Source of the DNA: Ginglymostoma cirratum
Taxonomy: Eukaryota
Direction: 5' to 3'
Assembly: GCA_024137785.1 (NCBI GenBank)
Contig: JAHRHZ010000116.1
Span: 441,433 to 480,420, forward strand
DNA length: 38,988 bases
Shown one piece after another: positions 36,385 to 38,988 of this stretch (the stretch's first letter is position 1; each line of letters begins with the position of its first letter). The notes below the pieces were generated by a model, which was not told the DNA's origin, ran no database searches, and saw nothing but the letters and a program-made list of their open reading frames with translations. A program made the translations under genes and the position numbers.

Positions 36385-38110
36385 ATCTCAGTGAATATTT
36401 CTCCTCTGTGTTAACCGTGGAGAAAGACATGAAGACTTGGGAACATGGGGTCGTTCGTGGCCATATCTCAGGGACAGTCCATATCATTGTCAGTGAGGTG
36501 TTAGAAGTGCTAGAATAATTGAATGTGAATAAATCTCCTGTTCCTGATTGGATGTATCCAATAACCATACAAGATGCTCGAGAAAAAGTTGCACGGGTCC
36601 TGTCTCATGTATTTGCGTCATCATTAGCCACAGGTTAGGTTCCAGAAGACTGCAATTTAGCGAATGTTGTGCTCTTATTCAAGAAGGGCTGCAAAGAACA
36701 AACTGGGAATTATATACCAGTAAGCTTAATGTCTGTGATAGATAAGATACTTGAGAAGATTCTGAGGGTTATGATATACATGCATTTAGAAATTCAGGGT
36801 TTGATTCAATGTAATCAGCAAGGGATTTCTTTGTGCATGGGAGAGTATGCCTTACAAATTTGTTGTTGTTCTTTGACGAAGTGAGCAGGATCATTGATGA
36901 GAGCAGGACGGTAGACATAGTCGACGTGGATTTTAGTAAATCCTTTGATAATGTTCCACATTGCGAGGCTGCTCTGGAAGGTTAGATCGCATGTAATCCA
37001 GGGAAGCTGGCAAATTGGATACACCATTGCCTTTATGGGGGGACGCAGAGAGTAATACTGGAATGGATGTTTGTTGCAATGAAGGCCTTTGACGAGTGGT
37101 GTGCCTCAGAGGTCGGTGCGTGGCCCATTCCTGTTTGTTATCTCTACAAATGTTTTGGATGAGGATGTGAAATACATGATTAGTAACAGTGCGGATGACA
37201 CTAAAATAGGCGGAATTGTGGGCAGTGAGGAAGGTTGACAGAAATTGTGGCAGGATCTTGATCATATGGAGAAGTGAGTCGAGACATGGCAAATAGAGTT
37301 CAATATGGATAAGTGTGAGGTGTTACATTTTGGAAAGTCAAATCAAGGTAGGATTTTCATAGTTAAATGTAGGGCCTTAAGGAGTGTAGCAGAACAGAGG
37401 GATGTTGGGGTGCAGGTAAACTTTTCTCTGACGTGGAGTCACTGGGAGGGCAGTGAAGAAGGCTTTTGGAACACTGGACTTCGTCAGTTAGGGCATTTGT
37501 ATACGGAAGTTGGGAAGTTATGTTGCAGTTGTACACGACAGGTGAGGCCGCACTGAGAGTACTGTGTTCAGTTTTGGTTACCTTGTTATATAATGGTGTA
37601 TTAAACTGGACCTTGTGCAAAAGAAATTTACAAGGATGTTGCCAGACCTCATGAGACTGAGTTATAGGAAGAGTTTGGACAAGCTACGAATTTTCTTCTT
37701 TAGATTGTAGGAAACTCGGGGTGATTTTAAAGAAGTGGATAAGATCATGAGAGGCATGGTTAGCATGAATGCACTCTGTATTTGTTCAAAGGGTTGGGGA
37801 ATCGAGGAGTAGAGGGCATCAGTTTAAGATAAGAGGGGAAATAATATACAGGAATCTGAGAGGAAACTTTTTTGCACAGAGGGTGGTATGCATGTGGGTT
37901 GAGCTGCCAGCCGAAGCGATTAAGGCAGGTGTGTTGACAATATTTAAAAGGCAGTTGGACCAGTATTCGGATAGGAAATGGTTAAAAGGATCTGGGTTAA
38001 ATGGAGGGAAATGGGGTTAACATGGATCGATATTCTGCTCAGCATGGACCCGGTTGGTCCGAAGATCCTGTCTCCGTGCTGTGAAGCTCTATGACTGTAT
38101 ACTCTATGAC
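36385..38110 (+). mobile_element. CR1-type LINE RT and 3' end
   Basis: LFKKG...GNYIPVSLMSV, GVPQ, ADD, DKCEVLHFG, LRGNFFAQRVVCMW; CTCTATGA tail. Confidence 0.9.
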
Positions 38111-38129
38111 ACTGTCTTAAACGTTCGAA

Positions 38130-38560
38130 CTCTCAGACTGAGATTGTGACCTTTGTTCCCACATTCTCCAATAAAGAAAATCGCCCTGTTCGCATGCATA
38201 CTGTTAAGTTTCCTATGAATATTGTATATTTTTCAATATAGTCGCCTCTAATTCGTCTGTATTTCTCCGAATACAGGTCCGATTTATTCAACTTTTGATC
38301 ATAAAAGAGCCCTCCCATACCTCAGATGAGCCAAGTAAATGTTCTCCATGTTGCTCCTGATGCCAATATGTCTTTCCCTCGACAAAGCGTACAAAAGTGT
38401 TCAATGTTGCTAACTGTGGTTTGACTGGTGCCTTGTGTACTTTTCGGAAGCATATTTTCTTCTGTCGTCCACTAAATTTGAAATAAAGGCCAATGTACCA
38501 TGTGTTTTTCCCATGACCATGTGCCCTTGCTGTTATTTGTTTTGCTGGTTGATGCAGACA
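38130..38560 (-). mobile_element. CR1-type LINE 3' fragment
   Basis: YDQKLNKSDLYSEKYRRIRGDYIEKY motif. Confidence 0.7.
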
Positions 38561-38988
38561 TTAGCAAATCTGCTCTCTGAACAGCAGTCGAGATCAGAAG
38601 AATAAAATAGAACAAATACATTGAATGTTCTTGATGCATCCTACAGTTACCTTGTCAGCAACTGTCCTCGCATTTGAGCTGAGTAGCTGAATGAGAACAT
38701 TGCCATGTTTCAGATTTGCAACGCGTTTTAGCAGGATATGACCAGACCAGAACCTGCTTACAGTTATTATTAAACTTTATTATTTTTCGATAACTATATT
38801 ATTATTATTTCAGTTGTTTCAGCGGCGGGAGTCCGGAAGGAGGCGCGATGGCAGCAGGGGAAGGAACGCTTCCCCATTAAAAACTTATCTAGAGAACAGG
38901 CGGAGTGCGCGTCGAGCAGGAGCAGACACGGGACGGTTGAGTAAGTGAGGTAATATATTTGGGCGGTTGCTTTATCCGAAACACTACT

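Noticed and set aside
1-38988. D, J or constant-region segments; prokaryotic features such as CRISPR arrays or operons
   Set aside because: None found by eye; the sequence is spliced, repeat-rich vertebrate DNA.

Overview
Eukaryotic, repeat-rich window, most likely from a cartilaginous fish (inferred from the CR1/Penelope repeat families and GPR139-like expansion). It contains three two-exon GPR139-like class A GPCR paralogs: two intact 323-aa genes on the minus strand (7882-3814 and 25980-22852) and one plus-strand pseudogene (15005-16607). These are interleaved with antigen-receptor V gene segments, all on the minus strand: an apparently functional TCR alpha/delta-type V with leader exon and a 23-bp-spacer RSS (31377-30821), a decayed V with a degenerate RSS (~17300-17021), and a weaker V-like relic (~605-292). 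The remainder is mostly CR1 LINE fragments and Penelope-like elements whose terminal repeats carry minimal hammerhead ribozyme cores, often as inverted pairs. The main candidate system is an orphan-GPCR array embedded in a V(D)J-rearranging locus, on the RSS side of an intact V. Repeat boundaries are approximate.
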